DNA of 64,000 nucleotides from the NCBI GenBank assembly GCA_046350615.1, contig JAXMAA010000001.1:200480-264479 (forward strand), read 5' to 3'. This DNA comes from Candidatus Saccharimonadales bacterium (lineage in GTDB: Bacteria > Patescibacteriota > Saccharimonadia > Saccharimonadales > UBA7683). The notes under the pieces were generated by a model, which saw only the letters and a list, made by a program, of their open reading frames with translations, searched no databases and was not told the DNA's origin. Each line of letters begins with the position of its first letter. The stretch's first letter is position 1. The position numbers were made by a program, and so were the translations under genes. Shown one piece after another: positions 61,918 to 64,000 of this stretch.

Positions 61918-64000
61918 TCAATTCTCCTTTGCGGCTTTTATTGAGAGGTTCATGCGACCCCTATCATCAATTGCCATTAGCTTCACTTTTACTTCATCGC
62001 CTTCGTTGACAACATCGGTTACTTTCTCTACGCGCTCATCGGCGAGCTCAGAAATATGTACCATTCCGTCAATGCCAGGCATAAAGTTTACAAAAGCACC
62101 AAAGTCCATTACTTTCACTACTTTACCGCTGTAGATTTTGCCAACTTCTGGCTCTTCAACTAAGCCCTTAATCCACTGCAATGCCTTTTCAATCGATTCA
62201 GTATCAACGGCAGCAATCGTCACCAGGCCGTCGTCTTTAATATCAACTTCAGCACCGGTTTCTGAGGTGATCTTATTAATGGTTTCTCCACCCTTGCCAA
62301 TAATGGCACCGATTTTTTCAGGATTTACCATCAATTTTTCAATTCGTGGGGCGTAGGGGCTGAGCTTTTCGCGCGGCTCTGCCAGCACTGAAACCATGTG
62401 CTCCAAAATTTTTGCTCGACCAACCTTACCTTTTTCAATCGCTTCACGCAGCACTGAAACTGGCAAACCATGAACTTTCATATCCATCTGCAGCGCCGTG
62501 ATGCCTTTTTCAGTACCAGTTACCTTAAAGTCCATATCGCCCGCAAAATCTTCAGCATCGGCGATATCGCTCAGCACATAAGGGGTATCGCCATCCATCA
62601 TAAGGCCCATTGCAATACCAGAAACTGGGCGTTTCAACGGAACACCGGCATCCATTAATGCCAGACAGCTTGAACAGGTTGCCGCCATAGAGGTGGAACC
62701 ATTTTGAGACATAATTTCGGTGACTGAACGAATGGCATATGGGAAGTCTTCAACATTTGGTAGCACCGCTGTTAAAGCGCGTTCCGCTAAATAGCCATGG
62801 CCAATTTCACGCCTGCCCGGTGAGCCGAGGCGTCGAACTTCGCCAACCGTCCAGTAAGGTGCATTGTAATGATGCATGTAACGGCGTTCACCGTCGTTTT
62901 GTTCCATAGTGTCAACCATCTGGGCATAACTGAGTGGCGCCAAGGTGACAATATTGAAGGCTTGGGTCATACCGCGCGTGAAGATGCTTGAACCGTGAGT
63001 TCGTGGCAGCACACCAACCTGGGAACTCAACGGGCGAATCTCATCAAGTTTACGGCCGTCTGGTCGTAGTTGATGGGTAACGATGCCTTTACGCACATCC
63101 TCGTGAAGTGCCTTGGTGAAGGCTTCATCGTATTCTGCCTGCAACCCTTTATACGCTTCTTCTCCATGCTTTTCGGTCATTTCATCGTGCAGTTGGGCTC
63201 GAAGTACTGAGATAAGCTCATTGCGCTCCGGGTATTCTTTTCTAATAGCATCACCTAGCTTGCCTTCAACCCATTCGTTGATTTCGTTCTGAATCGCCTC
63301 ATCTGGTAGTACGAGTTCATATGCGAGTTCTTTTGGCTGAATCTTTTGAACAAGCTCTTCTTGCAAAGCGATTGCTGGCTGCATCGCTTGCAGTGCCCAT
63401 TCAAGGCCATCGCCGATAATTTGCTCACTTACTTCATTTGCGCCCGCCTCAACCATAATGATGGCATCTTTGGTACCAGCAACCACTAAGTCAAGTTCGG
63501 CCTTTTCAAGCTCTTCTCGAGAAGCGAATGCCTTGTATTCGCCGTCAATATGCGTAACCCGAAGCCCCGCAACCGGACCGTCAAATGGCGCACCGGTCAA
63601 CATCAAGGCAGTTGATGCGGCAATCATACCAATCATATCGGGGCGGAAGTTTGGATCCATCGAAAGTACGGTTGCCACTACTTGCACTTCTTGACGGTAT
63701 CCCTTAGGGAACAGTGGCCGAATAGGGCGGTCTATCAAACGGCCAATCAAAATTGCCTCGTCTGAAGGTCGGCCTTCTCGTTTTATGAACCGACTGCCGC
63801 TAATCTTCCCAGCCGCATAAAATTTTTCTTCATAATCAATCGAAAGCGGGAAATAATCCAGCACTACAGGTCGAGAACCAACCATCGCCGTTCCAAGCAC
63901 TACTGTTTCACCATAGCTCACCAAAACACTGGCGGTTGTTCTAAAACCAACCCGATTTACTTCTAAGCTCAGGGTCTTGCCTTGAAATTCGGTTTCTACC
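61918..64000 (-). CDS. pnp: polynucleotide phosphorylase (5' end beyond the window)
   Basis: Two RNase PH domains, KH and S1 domains (…GKIYSGKVVKVMDFGAFVNF…). The reading frame stays open from 63925 to the window edge. Confidence 0.9.
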   Translation of the reverse strand, partial: VETEFQGKTLSLEVNRVGFRTTASVLVSYGETVVLGTAMVGSRPVVLDYFPLSIDYEEKFYAAGKISGSRFIKREGRPSDEAILIGRLIDRPIRPLFPKGYRQEVQVVATVLSMDPNFRPDMIGMIAASTALMLTGAPFDGPVAGLRVTHIDGEYKAFASREELEKAELDLVVAGTKDAIIMVEAGANEVSEQIIGDGLEWALQAMQPAIALQEELVQKIQPKELAYELVLPDEAIQNEINEWVEGKLGDAIRKEYPERNELISVLRAQLHDEMTEKHGEEAYKGLQAEYDEAFTKALHEDVRKGIVTHQLRPDGRKLDEIRPLSSQVGVLPRTHGSSIFTRGMTQAFNIVTLAPLSYAQMVDTMEQNDGERRYMHHYNAPYWTVGEVRRLGSPGRREIGHGYLAERALTAVLPNVEDFPYAIRSVTEIMSQNGSTSMAATCSSCLALMDAGVPLKRPVSGIAMGLMMDGDTPYVLSDIADAEDFAGDMDFKVTGTEKGITALQMDMKVHGLPVSVLREAIEKGKVGRAKILEHMVSVLAEPREKLSPYAPRIEKLMVNPEKIGAIIGKGGETINKITSETGAEVDIKDDGLVTIAAVDTESIEKALQWIKGLVEEPEVGKIYSGKVVKVMDFGAFVNFMPGIDGMVHISELADERVEKVTDVVNEGDEVKVKLMAIDDRGRMNLSIKAAKEN

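Overview
This is a dense, mostly minus-strand bacterial chromosome segment. The gene content (a complete type IV pilus locus, short housekeeping genes, several toxin-antitoxin pairs, intergenic DNA full of hairpin repeats) fits a reduced-genome CPR/Patescibacteria (Saccharibacteria-like) organism, but that lineage call is inference only.

Layout:
- 0.4-1.5 kb: nrdR split by an IS200-type element.
- 1.5-9.5 kb: GT2 glycosyltransferase, four tRNAs (Gly-CCC, Thr-CGT, Asp-GTC, Arg-CCT), a methyltransferase, a PpiC-type isomerase, ndk and uppP.
- 9.7-11.8 kb: an intact IS630 element with TA duplications and a tyrosine recombinase.
- 11.8-23.8 kb: type IV pilus locus (PilX-like protein, three minor pilins, pilD, two pilins, pilC, pilT, pilB, pilO, pilN, pilM).
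- 24.5-32.3 kb: two paralogous giant secreted proteins plus accessory ORFs.
- 32.3-44.1 kb: accessory island ending in a large serine recombinase whose 3' end overlaps ychF. It carries a HigBA-like pair, a SWIM protein, an OLD-family ATPase/TOPRIM nuclease next to a Zn-ribbon DUF4145 (HEPN-like) protein, and a TM2 protein.
- 44.1-64 kb: ychF, a Crp-family regulator, tlyA, a RelE/Phd pair, a GIY-YIG gene split by a second identical IS200 copy, efp, rpsF-ssb-rpsR, ftsK, ArsR/MFS, a frameshifted Nudix gene, rnj, udg and pnp (runs off the window edge).

Most interesting observations:
1. 138-bp inverted repeats, identical at 137 of 138 positions, exactly bracket pilM-N-O-B-T-C.
2. Two giant proteins share a roughly 340-aa C-terminal domain and sit next to the pilus locus.
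3. An OLD-family nuclease with no helicase partner lies beside a Zn-ribbon DUF4145 protein inside a serine-recombinase island.
4. A hairpin-repeat family has constant outer and covarying inner stems, and one copy is an in-frame insertion in tlyA.
5. Two GC-rich structured intergenic regions share an identical 26-mer.

I saw no rRNA gene and no CRISPR array.
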